DNA of 20,000 nucleotides from Catajapyx aquilonaris (Eukaryota): NCBI GenBank assembly GCA_000934665.2, contig KZ538358.1, positions 58,888 to 78,887 of the forward strand, read 5' to 3'. Shown piece by piece: positions 1 to 12,744 of this stretch (position 1 is its first letter; each line of letters starts with the position of its first letter). The notes under the pieces were generated by a model. It saw only the letters and a program-made list of their open reading frames with translations, ran no database searches and was not told where the DNA came from. The position numbers and the translations under genes were made by a program.

Positions 1-490
1 AGGTTCTAAAAAACCCTCAAATAGGTAGGCACTTAGGCTCTGAACAGTCAAAATAGGCTCTTAATAGGCGGTAAAAATCAAGCTGGTCCTAATTTATTAT
101 CATTTCTACACAATACTACAGCCTACTCTTGCCCATGGAATTATGCGCCACAGTAACAAACTAGCAGTTGTTCCATATTTTCGTTGGTTAGTCGCAGTTA
201 TTCGGTGATGCCTGTCTGACAATACATTTCTATGCGCTGAAAATGACCTTTAGACGTCACACAAAGCTTCTGGATCATACTACATGCCTACAGCTTCTTC
301 GCCCTTCACAGGTTGAAGTGGGAGAGATTCTTTGAATGGAAAACCTGCAGAACTCACGAAAATATTACGAAACGGCGTCAAAAAGGTGGAAATAGGTGCA
401 AAATAGAAATAGGCGGTAATAGGTCCTTTAGGTCCCAACGTCCAAAACAGGCAATTCTAGGTTCTATAAAACTACGATTTTTGAGGTCCT
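1..490. repeat. Probable transposon fragment with reiterated (A)ATAGG motifs, truncated by the window start
   Basis: Many aatagg/taggt motifs clustered at 1-80 and 380-470. Direct similarities: aataggcggtaa at ~63 and ~408, and atactaca(t)gcctac at ~113 and ~277. No termini or TSD identified. Confidence 0.35.
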
Positions 491-655
491 TGTGTTATGA
501 AACGGATAGATATTTTGGTTCCGGTGTTCTGGCTACAGAATAAAAAGTAGGTAACAACTTAGAAATCCGTTCTCTAATTATGATTAATGATAATCCTGAA
601 TTGTGTTATATCATGTGTGTGTAATATTATTCCACAAACTATTACGCCCCTTCAG

Positions 656-818
656 GTAAGGTGAAGCAACGTTCAAGTGGGGTGACGGCCAGGTGGTATT
701 ATCTTTGTGAAGCAAGTGCCACTATCTTACCAATCTCCTTCTAGCAAAGGGATGAGTCAGACTGCGATAAGGAATATATGGATAGCTTCAAAATAAATAC
801 TGCGTTTTATTGTCACAG
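656..818 (+). other. Probable 5' UTR intron of the Kunitz gene
   Basis: Consensus donor CAG|gtaagg at 656 and acceptor ttttattgtcacag ending at 818, 16 nt before the ATG. Confidence 0.5.
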
Positions 819-834
819 GAAGAAGTGGAAAACC

Positions 835-984
835 ATGAGTGGCAAAATTTTACTTGGCGTTCTCTTGTCCTGTGTTATCCTGCAGGTTGTGCTTGCGTCT
901 CTTTCACCAGAGAATGATGATTGCTCCCTGAAGAAAAAGAAGGGCAATTGCAAGGGTCGATTTCAACGCTACTATTACAACAAG
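835..984 (+). CDS. Two-domain Kunitz-type protease inhibitor, coding exon 1 (signal peptide + first half of Kunitz domain 1)
   Basis: ATG at 835 (aaccATG) follows a cag acceptor at 816-818. Translates MSGKILLGVLLSCVILQVVLA (hydrophobic signal peptide) SLSPENDDCSLKKKKGNCKGRFQRYYYNK. Donor AAG|gtaagc at 985, phase 0. Confidence 0.93.
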
Positions 985-1404
985 GTAAGCAGCATGTAAG
1001 ACAGTGACAGTCCTCAACGTGAGACTGAATATGCACATTTTGTTATGTTTTAAGAGGTTTTCAAGAGAAGGTGTAATAGCTGTGATTTGTTATCATTTAA
1101 ATGGAAGTTGTTGCTTGGACAGTTTAGTGATACTACAAAGTGGTGAAAATTAGTTTAAATGCTACAACCTTCCTATTCTTTATGAGCTTCATACTGCCAT
1201 AAGCCACTCGAAGTGTGAAAAGTGTTATTCGAACTTACTTAGTTCTAGGACAACAAAGACCTGCAGTGAAAATGGTATTCTTTGCATTAATTTACAATAT
1301 TTTGATATGCTACATGTTACTTGCAAGCGTGGTTTGTGGTTTCTTTGTGGATTCTATCCTCAGCCTGGGCAGCTTTTGTCTTGATTATTTGAAGAAAACT
1401 TTGA

Positions 1405-1746
1405 AACGTATGCGCTCATGGATGTAAGGGTCCCGGGTTCATTGGGGCCCGGGCATTGGGGGGCATCTTGTGCAGAGTTCGTGGTCATCTCTGGCTTCGT
1501 CTCGGGTGGGATTCCTTGAGACTAACCACCCAGGGGGATTTCACAAAATGACCGCAGCAACGACATTGCCCTGCACTTCGCATATCCCCTCCCAGTCACC
1601 CTTCCCTCGCTCACTATACCCGGGCGTTATGGAAAAGGACCAACAAAGCTTGTACACCTAAAAAGCAAATAAAGGTACCATGCCAGATGCCCATTAAATG
1701 GGAGGTGCACTAACCCTATCATTATCATTATCATCATCATCATCAT
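1405..1746 (+). mobile_element. tRNA-derived SINE (family B), 5'-eroded, with (CAT)n tail, in Kunitz intron 1
   Basis: B-box-like gggtcccgggttc. Colinear similarity to the - strand copy at 18355-18640 (exact catcttgtgcagagtt, gactaa(t)ccacccagggg, ccagtcaccct, aataaaggt). Confidence 0.7.
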
Positions 1747-1798
1747 ATGATGATAATGATAATAATAATGATAGGGTTAGTGCACCTCCCATTTAATG
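1692..1798. repeat. 107-bp near-perfect palindrome with (CAT)n/(ATG)n core
   Basis: cattaaatgggaggtgcactaaccctatcatt...cat|atg...aatgatagggttagtgcacctcccatttaatg. Two mismatches and one extra CAT unit, no spacer. Confidence 0.95.
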
Positions 1799-2327
1799 TT
1801 AAGGAGACTGTTAACCCTTAACTACGTAGGTGGAGCCTGAGAGGCTCCAAGCACTATTTAAACGCATGTAACTTTATCATTGAATTTTATTTTCCCCTGG
1901 CCTTCTGCACCTTAAAACCAGATTTACCAATAGCTTACAATCTTTGACAAGAGCCAAACTGGAGGCCAGTCTTCTAATGATCTTGGATATGGCATAGATC
2001 AGATAACCTATTTATCAAATATGGCCTTTACTCTGATTTTTATAGGTATAAATGACATTGTCCATGACCTATTTTACACTGGCAGGAATGAAATACGATA
2101 TTTAAAACAAAACTCCCCCATTTTTGATGCAACATTCAAGACAAGCCCTGTTTCCATTTTCATGGAAGCAGACTTACAGGCATATGCATATTGGAGGGAT
2201 GATGATTAGGCACTTTTTTTAACCACTTAACTGCTTTAATGTACTTCAGGAATAATAGCACTCATGACAAGACTTTCCTGAAATCTTGAGCTGTCACTAA
2301 ATGGTGGCACATTATTCCCTATTTCAG

Positions 2328-2426
2328 ATTACCACCACTTGCAAGAAATTCAAGTATGGTGGATGTCGAGGAAATGCCAACAATTTTGTCTCAAGAGATG
2401 AATGCGAAAGAACCTGCCATGATAAG
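2328..2426 (+). CDS. Kunitz inhibitor exon 2 (second half of Kunitz domain 1)
   Basis: tttcag acceptor. Translates [33 protein letters not shown] (Kunitz signature F-x-Y-GGC-x-GN-x-NNF). Donor AAG|gtatgt. 99 nt, phase 0/0. Confidence 0.95.
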
Positions 2427-2487
2427 GTATGTGGTCAGTGCCACTTTTATCCTTCTGGAAATTTCTAACTATATCTCCTTTCTGTAG

Positions 2488-2589
2488 CACCGCCACACTA
2501 AAAACCAACCATCTGATTATCATCGCTGCTTGCCTGCTCCTGTAGTGGGCCACTGCAAAGGCTATGTGACACGCTATGCCTATGATCAG
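2488..2589 (+). CDS. Kunitz inhibitor exon 3 (linker + first half of Kunitz domain 2)
   Basis: ctgtag acceptor after a 61-nt intron. Translates HRHTKNQPSDYHRCLPAPVVGHCKGYVTRYAYDQ. Donor CAG|gtaaat. 102 nt. Confidence 0.93.
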
Positions 2590-2643
2590 GTAAATGCGTT
2601 GTCCAAGCTGTGACTTTTTCGTCTCATATTTGGTTTCCTTCAG

Positions 2644-2742
2644 GAATCACACACCTGCAAGAAGTTTATTTATGGTGGATGTGGTGGAAACGAGAACAAC
2701 TTCCGTAGTCTACATGAATGTAAGAAGAATTGTCTTCAGTGA
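2644..2742 (+). CDS. Kunitz inhibitor exon 4 (second half of Kunitz domain 2, stop)
   Basis: ccttcag acceptor after a 54-nt intron. Translates [35 protein letters not shown]. Both spliced domains have C-x8-C-x15-C-x7-C-x12-C-x3-C spacing. Confidence 0.95.
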   Translation, partial: ESHTCKKFIYGGCGGNENNFRSLHECKKNCLQ

Positions 2743-3170
2743 ACCTGGACACACAAAACATACATGAGGAGCTTCAAGGGTGTTTCATTTTTTATCTTAA
2801 TATGGGTATGAAAAACAAGCCACATGCATATGTAATAGTTCGAACTGTGCACAAAATCCTACGGGATGTCTGGTGTGGTAGTAGTGTTAAGTAGCAAGCC
2901 ATGGAAAGTGTTCTGAAAACAGCTCACATCTACCATTGTTCAGGACAATGCAAAGTCCTTCACCTGCCCCTTTAATGGGGTCTACACACAGACAGTTTTA
3001 CCAGTTTTGGTCTTAGTGTCAAGGATCTACCAATCGGCATGGACTACTAAGTCCTTCGCCCTGGAGGCTCCATGAAAACTGCCTGTATTGGCCTGTATGT
3101 AGACCCCTTAACTGTCTACAAAGGGCATGCTTCCCACACACTCCCACTAAAGGAGAAACGCAATACAAGT

Positions 3171-3336
3171 AATAAAATTTTTGAATTATCGTCTCCCTTT
3201 TCCTCAATGCGAGAATCACCTGAAAGAATTTCAGAGGATTCACAGCAGCCTGCTCAACACGTCATTTGTGCACTGGTTTGTGATCCATAACCTGGTTTAG
3301 AAACATATTCAAGGCTACTGCCAGCAGTATAATAAA
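3171..3336 (+). promoter_or_regulatory. Candidate polyadenylation signals of the Kunitz gene (AATAAA at 3171 and 3331)
   Basis: AATAAA hexamers about 430 and 590 nt downstream of the stop codon. Confidence 0.35.
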
Positions 3337-6300
3337 ATCAAACTCACTACTATGACTGAAATTTCAAATAGGATCAGAGCAACCTGTACTTGGAGTTCCA
3401 CATGCACAAGTCCATTCCTTCATTTGCAGAAAAAACATTTTTTGAATGCTCCCTCATGTCATGTCTTGGGAAGTGTGCTACAAGAGCCACAAACTAACTT
3501 TTCCAGGAACACTGAATGTAGTAAGGAGAGCTCAACAGGGTAATCGTTTCGACGTTGTAGTGCCACTGCACCAATACAGTAAAAACAACAAATATAAAAA
3601 CCAAGATTTTTAATATGCCATTTATCCAAACAGTAACATTCAGCAAGTAAGCACTTGTATTGTGTACCGTCCTGTTTTCAGCATTTTGCTTTTTCATGTT
3701 ATTTCTTAAATATATATATAATATTATGTATAGTGTATACTGTATATATATATATTTTTAATCATCCCACAGTTTGTCACTGGGAGTGGAGTAAATTAAA
3801 GTGGGTGGAGTGAGGTGGGGGCAGTTTAGGAATAATTATCACTGGATTCATGAAACATAACAAATTAGAAGTAATTTGAGGGGTTGGTCCATAATATTGC
3901 TGACAAGGCAGAACAAATGAACAGAATGAAAGAGTATACAAGTACACCTTGTGTCACAAAAGTCAGTCCAGATCAGTGTAGGTGGAAAGTTCACATAATC
4001 ACCTAACTCAAGTTGGATGCTTTGTAAAAGGTGTGGCGAACTGCATGCGTAAGCATGCGGTGTGTGCGACTCTTAGCCAAGCTACCACCTGGAGTCCTTG
4101 GGATATTTCCACTGATACAGATCTGGGTTGATTTTTGTTCCACATTGCACATACATATAACAGAAATGCATTTTTTTCCCCAGAAAAGCTGTTCCATCAA
4201 GCAGCAAACAAAAATACCCAATTTTATTTCAGGCAAGGGCTATTTTGTCACTGGTAAATTTACTTCCCAGTTTGGGGTTTCCAAAAATGTGCCAACTCCA
4301 TTTGACGACTGTCATTTTTCCCTTCATTTCCACAATGTTCTTCCTTCATTCCAATATTATTAAATACATTAAAAACATGTCATTTGCTTTTTCACTGGTA
4401 CACCAAAAACTCAAGACTGATTCCTACACAAGTCAGGTGCGAAAAAGGTGTGACTCTACACTTTTTTGGGGGGAGCAAGGGGGGGAGGGTGGGAAGGGAT
4501 TTGATTTTTAGTTGTAGTCTGCCTGCTTTTTTTCAATATACTACATCTGTACAAAGAGCTAAAAGCAAGTGGAAGAATACAAGTCCTTAAAAAAAAGTTT
4601 TTTTTTGCTGTTTTCTATTTTGTATTCACACAGCACTAAATTCACTACAAACCGTTAAATTGAACACAGTTAATTTTTTTGGTTGTTGGAGAATTTTTTG
4701 TCTTCCTTAATTTAATTTCTCACAGCTTTTAAAATCACGATGACACTTAACTGTTTTTGTATTTTTTTTTCAATATTGTACAACGTTTTTTTCCCGTTTA
4801 CGGTTTTTAGAAAAATTTTCTTACGAGATGAGTAGTAAGTCATGAGGGCATATTTGGGGTTCCTGGGGCTTTTTTTTTTTTCTTGAAGGAGATGGGCATA
4901 TGGGAAAAGAGGAAGGAAGTGGTTAGGATAGGCAGGTAATTGATTACATGTTAAATTTGTTAGGTGGTTAAGTAAGCAGACCCAAATTATAAAAAAAATT
5001 ACCAGCCTTAGTGTTACACTTTTCACAAGTAACAAGAGTTGGTTTTTCTTAAGTCAATGGCATTGGAACTGAATCTTGATAGGGGGAGGCCACCACTTTC
5101 TGTTTCAAGTGCCATGTAAACTCAGTTGGCAACACCTAACAAATGACTTCCCAAAAGTAGTAGAGAGAGCAAGAGAGAAAGATATTAGGAGAAAGAGAGA
5201 AGGGGTAGATGTCAAGATCGAGTAAAAAGGAAACAAAGGAGAAAAAAAATGTCACCATTATGATGAGTTCTCGTGAAATAGTCCACAAAATGCAATGGTC
5301 TATTTCAAGCAGCCAGTTCCCATCTCGCACACTCGAGTCAAAAAATTTCCCACTTGTCACTCACTTTTCACACGCAAGTTCATGTCTCACATGTGTCCAG
5401 GCGTGTTTCCCATCAAATGGGGAGGGGGGGAAATCATAATCTTAGCCACTTTACTGTACAGAAGAAGCACTCGTCTTCATGATGACACGAGCAAAATATT
5501 CCAAAAAAGAATAAATCAGGCAACAAACCCATCAACACTAATCCTTTTAAGGCTGGAAAAAGTTGTAAGTTATGATTCACTGGTGTAGTGTTTTTTGTCT
5601 TTTTTTTGTTTTCATTAACGCATTGTATTTCTATTTACCTCTTGAAACTGACAAAAGTATTAACGGTGTGGCCATCAAGTAAAAATATTCCAGGACTCTT
5701 CACTTGTTTGACACCCATTTAAAAAAACCAGATGAACACAACGCAAACACTTTCCCTTGCTTATCTCCAGACATTCATGTGGTCAAATTAAGGTTTACAG
5801 ACATTTAAATATGCCAACTACTGCATCTGATGCTTTTTCAGTAAAAAAGTTACGGTTCTATATGGATTCTAATTGTAATTAAAATTTTGGTGCAAAAAAT
5901 TCAAGAACACTATGACCTAAAAAGAAATACTAGGAAAACAAAATTTTAAAAATCAACACTTCCAGCTTACAAAGTATAGCCAATAATTATTGGCACATTT
6001 CTTAATGCTTCTGGTTTTACGATTCTCCTAATTTTGCTGACATGCATAGACAGACCCTCTCATTGTGCATTAAGGTAAATAAAATTACATATATTGGGTC
6101 CCAAGTTTGTACCTGTGTTGGGCCAAGAATATCTCGATTCACAGGATCATCTAACAACCACACTGATTCCTTTGTACTGTATTGCCTATGACATTCGATT
6201 GTGGGAAGAAACAGGAGAGCCCTGAGAAAATGTACACACACACACTGAGGGACCCAATCGAACCATTTCTCATGTGAGAAATGATCCACCCAACCTGGGG

Positions 6301-6829
6301 ATCAAACTCATTACCTCACAGGTGGTATGGCTGTGGTCTAAACGACTAATGTATCTCAAGAATTTGAGTAGCACTTTCTCTGTGGTTACATGAGTTTCCT
6401 CAGGGATTCTCCCCCTTGCCAAAAACCACAGCTTCTCCTCAGTTATTAGTTGCTTTGGCTCTCCCAATAAACCAAACCAAAATAGTAAAAATCTTGGTAA
6501 AATGTGTACCCATTCATATCCAGATGCCCATTGGGAATCAGGTAGGACTACTGGAGATGCAGAGTAGGAACACTTATGCCCATCAATAAACTGTTCTGGG
6601 TTTGATTGCTTATATAGCTCTTTGGTGTCGAGCCTTGGAATCCAGAACATTTCTCCCTTGTCATGAATCGAGTCTGCTGGGGTGAATGGCCAAAATGACT
6701 GCTGGAGATATTATACCTGCCCTTCCTTTCCAATTACTTCTCACTGACTCATGGAATCTAGCTGTTACAGACAATGTTTAAAAATACACATATCAATAGA
6801 GGCAACATTCTGTACTGGATGACATAACC

Positions 6830-7219
6830 CAGTGGTTCCCAACCTGGGGGGCGTGAGAGGATTTCAGGGGGGGCGTGAGGCCATGAGAAATACGTAAAAT
6901 AATGTAACATGTTTCCGCTTGGCGCTGCTGGAAATATGAAGGGACCGACTTTTCTCCTTGCTTGTATCCGATGTGCTTTGTAGGAAGATTCCACTGTACT
7001 TTGTCAGCTATATTCACCTCAACTTTGTGACCTTGAACCCCAAAAAATTTTCGTCTGCGGCAGGCTTATTGCCCCCTTCTGTTGTTGCCCCTATTTCAAC
7101 AGGTTTTCATTCTCCAGGTATAAAATTTTCCTTCAAGAAACTCTTGCTGAAATTTATTTGGGGGCGGGGGGGGGGGGGGGNAGGGGGGGGCGTCAAGACA
7201 AACAGGTTGGGAACCACCG
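6830..7219. mobile_element. Non-autonomous hAT (Charlie-like) MITE
   Basis: TIRs CAGTGGTTCCCAACCTG / CAGGTTGGGAACCACCG. 8-bp TSD acataacc (6822-6829) / ccataacc (7220-7227), 7 of 8 identical. Confidence 0.88.
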
Positions 7220-7414
7220 CCATAACCCCTCGCATTGCACTGCCCAATTGTTTTCATCTAAAGAAATCAAGTTACCAAGGGGCAAACCACTCGGTACTTG
7301 AGAGTATAATGTGGATGTATAACATACAAGGCCACATAGCCACACAATTGCCCATAGCCAAATGGGTATCCCAGGTCCAAATAAGTATCATGAACAGCCC
7401 CTTGGGCATCATTA

Positions 7415-7782
7415 AGGTGCATTTACATGCGGGAGATTTGATCAGAGATTTGGATTGCCGGAGATGAAATCCTAACTAAAGCAGCGCCGAAAGTAGCAAT
7501 CGCATTTAAGAAGGGAGAGCATCACTCAGGTCCACGCTCAGGTCTGTTTGAAATAGGAGATGGCAATGACATCACCACGGCATGCCAAGAAGTTACTGGT
7601 TACCGGTACAGGTTACTAACTGTTGGCATGCCGTGGCGATGCATGTCGCCGGCATGTAAACATACGGGCGATGCATAAGAGCTCTTGCTTGAGTCATGAT
7701 GTCAGAACCGCTACAATTCATGGGCGATAACATCGCCGGCGATACAAATCTCCGATCAAATCTCCCACATGTAAACGCACAT
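7415..7782. mobile_element. PIF/Harbinger-like (Tourist-type) MITE
   Basis: ~50-bp imperfect TIRs (aggtgcatttacatgcgggagatttgatcagagattt... / ...aaatctccgatcaaatctcccacatgtaaacgcacat). TTA TSD at 7412-7414 and 7783-7785. Internal inverted repeat at 7570-7641. Confidence 0.85.
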
Positions 7783-8207
7783 TTACTAGTGCAGCATTTG
7801 AGAATATCCCATTACCAGGATTATTTCTTTTCCATCCTTAAAACATCAGTACTCGCACACAGGAAAGGGCTGCCCCAAAACCTAACAAGTCCCACCTGAT
7901 GTACTGACAAAAAAGTAGAATCTATGAAAGTTGCATCAGCATACAGTTTTCCTCTCATTCGCATGGCAGAGGATGGCCACAGTGTCTTACTTCTCTTTTT
8001 TTCTATTGGTGGTGGATGGCTACTGCTGGTTTGGAAATAGAGCCACTTCAGCCATGAAAGGTGGCACACACCCGATCTTCATGCAACCAACCAATCAATC
8101 AAGGCCATAAGATCTTTGGACAAACTCTGCTTGAAATGCAAGAAGTGCACAACTCTATGCTGATCAACCTCCTTGGATTCTGCAATTTTTCACAGGTAAG
8201 TTGGGGG

Positions 8208-8402
8208 NNNNNNNNNNNNNNNNNNNNNNNNNNNNNNNNNNNNNNNNNNNNNNNNNNNNNNNNNNNNNNNNNNNNNNNNNNNNNNNNNNNNNNNNNNNNN
8301 NNNNNNNNNNNNNNNNNNNNNNNNNNNNNNNNNNNNNNNNNNNNNNNNNNNNNNNNNNNNNNNNNNNNNNNNNNNNNNNNNNNNNNNNNNNNNNNNNNNN
8401 NN
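8208..8402. other. Assembly gap (195 N) flanked by poly-G
   Basis: Run of N between ggggg and a G14 run. Confidence 0.99.
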
Positions 8403-8989
8403 NGGGGGGGGGGGGGAAATGAACTGTATCATTCCAAACAACAAGGACTCCCCTACTGTTACTCGGCCACCATGTTAAATTACAAGTGGAGAAATAAATA
8501 AATAAAAGTAGTCCTGCACCACCTTATAGTCAGAAATAGATCACGCCCTACATCTCAGAATGAAAAAAACAAAACAAAAGAAACTGCCTATTATATCCTC
8601 CCATCCTACCACCGTCCCCATCCCCTCCTCAACCCAAAGTTTCATTTCAAAAATGAGAGAAAAACAAGCCCTCTTAATGTCTCAAAAGACAACATGCATA
8701 TCATATTATCCACATTAAAAACAAAACAACAAACCAATCCATAGAACTGTCACAGTGGTTTACAAACTGACTGAAGGATGGTCAGGAGGGGTTCAGACAG
8801 GATAGTACCAAAGGTATGACACAGAAAATTATAAACACATTAACAATTCAACAAAAACATATGCTTAAAGTGTTTAAGGAAATAGACTATTCCCGTAAGC
8901 CTAGATTCACTGGAGTAACGACACATGGAACTGAACGCATAATGTCCTTCCACTTGATCTTTTTGAGCATCTATGACATACAGTCTGCG

Positions 8990-10306
<1,317 letters not shown>

Positions 10307-10479
10307 TCAATATGCTTCCTGAAATTTTGGTGATGTTTACAATGAGAAACTTCACAAAATTTGGGCTGGAACTTGGAATTTACAAAGTGGTGCATTGCCC
10401 AAGTCTCCAGTTCAAGAGGAGGGACGTGATGGTTTTATTTTGGTTTAAAAATAAAAATAAAAATAATTGGGAAAATGTA

Positions 10480-10565
10480 GGCCTTACTGGCTTGTGGGAG
10501 GCGGCAGGGTGAGTGGTGGCTGGGGGCAGCTTGGCTGTGTCGCAAAGGCAAGGATGCAAGGATTG
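10480..10565 (+). mobile_element. Headless fragment of SINE family A, inverted relative to the neighbouring copy
   Basis: ggccttactggcttgtgggaggcggcagggt...ggctgtgtcgcaaaggcaaggat aligns to the reverse complement of ~10665-10748. Confidence 0.75.
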
Positions 10566-10594
10566 ATTTTTTGGATTTTGGAAGGGGTATGCTA

Positions 10595-10812
10595 TACCAA
10601 CCAAACCTAACCAAGCTTAACCTTCCTTCCTTGTGGATACAGACCTATCTTCAGCGGATACACACCTATCCTTTATCCTTGCCTTTGCGACACAGCCCAC
10701 TGCCCCCACCGACTACTACCCTACCGCCTCCTACATGCCAGTATGGCCCTGGGATTCGAACCCAGGACCCCTGATTAGCAGTCGGACGCCTTATCCACCA
10801 TGCCAACCTGCT
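10595..10812 (-). mobile_element. tRNA-derived SINE (family A; tRNA-Arg-like head)
   Basis: The - strand reads ggttggcatggtggataaggcgtccgactgctaatcaggggtcctgggttcgaatcccagggcc, giving an A box and a perfect B box GGTTCGAATCC. A non-tRNA body and a ggtta/ggttt-type simple tail follow. The acceptor stem is not intact. Confidence 0.82.
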
Positions 10813-10849
10813 TCGGTGGGACGTGATGTTGAACCAAGGATCAATTTAA

Positions 10850-11704
10850 CCCTAATAAGACGAGTGGTTTTTCGCGTTTACGCAAGGACCTGCAAAAAAT
10901 TCGCTTACTTTGTCACTTGGGGGACAAAACTTGAATACACTACTGAATAAGATCGTCTAGTGTCCAGGCTTGATCCTGAGGCCATCTATGTGACCCTACT
11001 CTCATACCATACGCAGTGGAAACTCTCATATGCACAACAAGGTGGCGAAGTGGGGTATGTTTCGCGCCTACTCCAATTTTTTGCCACTCTGCCTGCTTGA
11101 CAAAAAGTATATCGGTATGTAGCCTTGGCACCGCTGAACAAAGCAGTACATAAGCACATGGCATGAATTACGTCACAGGACAGCCAGGCGTGCAGAAGTG
11201 ATAAACAAACACCCCCTCACGAATGTAAACATCCCTTGCGCCACAGCTGTTCAAAACCCCCGTGGGGCATGCGCCCTCCACCCAGACGGCGGCCGGCGTT
11301 GAGTTGCACAGAGGCCTGCCAGCTGCTAATTGGCATTTACAAACATTATTTATTTATTTTAAAACTATTGAATTATCTTTTGCACTAATCTTAGGGTGGA
11401 ATCTCTTGAGGAGGTTTGGGGGCAACTCTGCATGCCAAAAATTTGCCGGTCAAGGTCAGATTTTTTCCTTCTTTGAAGTTTTTTTTTTCAGCGGCCGGAA
11501 AAAGATGATTTCATTCAAGATAATCTGGTTAATCCGGTTTATTTACGCATAATTTTGTAGTCCAAAACTCGCGATTTTTTACGCGAGAAAAAATTTAAAA
11601 AGCCACACAGAAACCACGCTACACAGTGGGAAAACGCTGTAGTTTCGCCAGCAGAATTTTTTAAAGCCACCGTATCAGCATATGATACGCCCATCTTATT
11701 AGGG
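10850..11704. mobile_element. Non-autonomous piggyBac-like element (855 bp)
   Basis: TTAA|CCCTAATAAGACG at 10846-10862 and CATCTTATTAGGG|TTAA at 11692-11708, i.e. CCC...GGG termini with a TTAA TSD. No transposase ORF. Confidence 0.85.
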
Positions 11705-12186
11705 TTAAACACAAGAAGAGTCACAAGACCCTGATAGTAGCTTCCAGTTGGTTCCTTCTCTATTTAAACTGGTTGCTGTAGTTTTAAAATCCCCATTTCC
11801 TGTGCTTCATTTCACCCTGAATGAAACAAAACTTTTAATACACGGCTGATTAAGATGAAGACGCTCCAGTTCAACTGTATGCAGTAAAAATCTGGACAAG
11901 TCTTATCTATCCTGAGACTGGGAGAGATAGAAATAAAGACGATGATTGTCAACGTGACATTCCCAAGAGTCTGACCACTACAGCCACGTAAACTTAGTGG
12001 AATAAAGGTAACAGCATCCACCACTGCTTTTTAAATAACTCAGTGAATGCAATTCCTCTCTACAATTCAATGGGCTACGTAATTGTGATATTGTTATCCT
12101 GTCCAAACTTCTCAGGATAAGTGAACTCCTTTGTGTTGGAGCTTGCAAAATAATTTCCATTTAGCACATGCAATATCCCATCATTA

Positions 12187-12744
<558 letters not shown>

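Noticed and set aside
1811..2240. TTAA-CCCTT (1811) and TTAA-CCACTT (2219) piggyBac-like left ends
   Set aside because: No matching inverted right end found, so no element can be delimited.
6017..6650. - strand ORFs of 90 and 126 aa as an alternative DYRK exon or separate gene
   Set aside because: No recognisable domain, non-ATG starts, and no convincing splice structure.
6958..7467. 169-aa + strand ORF as a transposase
   Set aside because: It spans a MITE boundary, a poly-G run and an N, and has no DDE motifs.
8061..8501. ORFs spanning the N run
   Set aside because: Artefacts of the assembly gap.
10625..10700. CTGAAGA on the - strand suggesting a hammerhead ribozyme in the SINE
   Set aside because: No stem II followed by GAAA is present, so the catalytic core cannot be assembled.
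10745..10812. Possible functional tRNA gene (GCT anticodon loop)
   Set aside because: It lacks the long variable arm of tRNA-Ser, has imperfect acceptor and anticodon stems, and continues into a repeated body. A SINE head is the better explanation.
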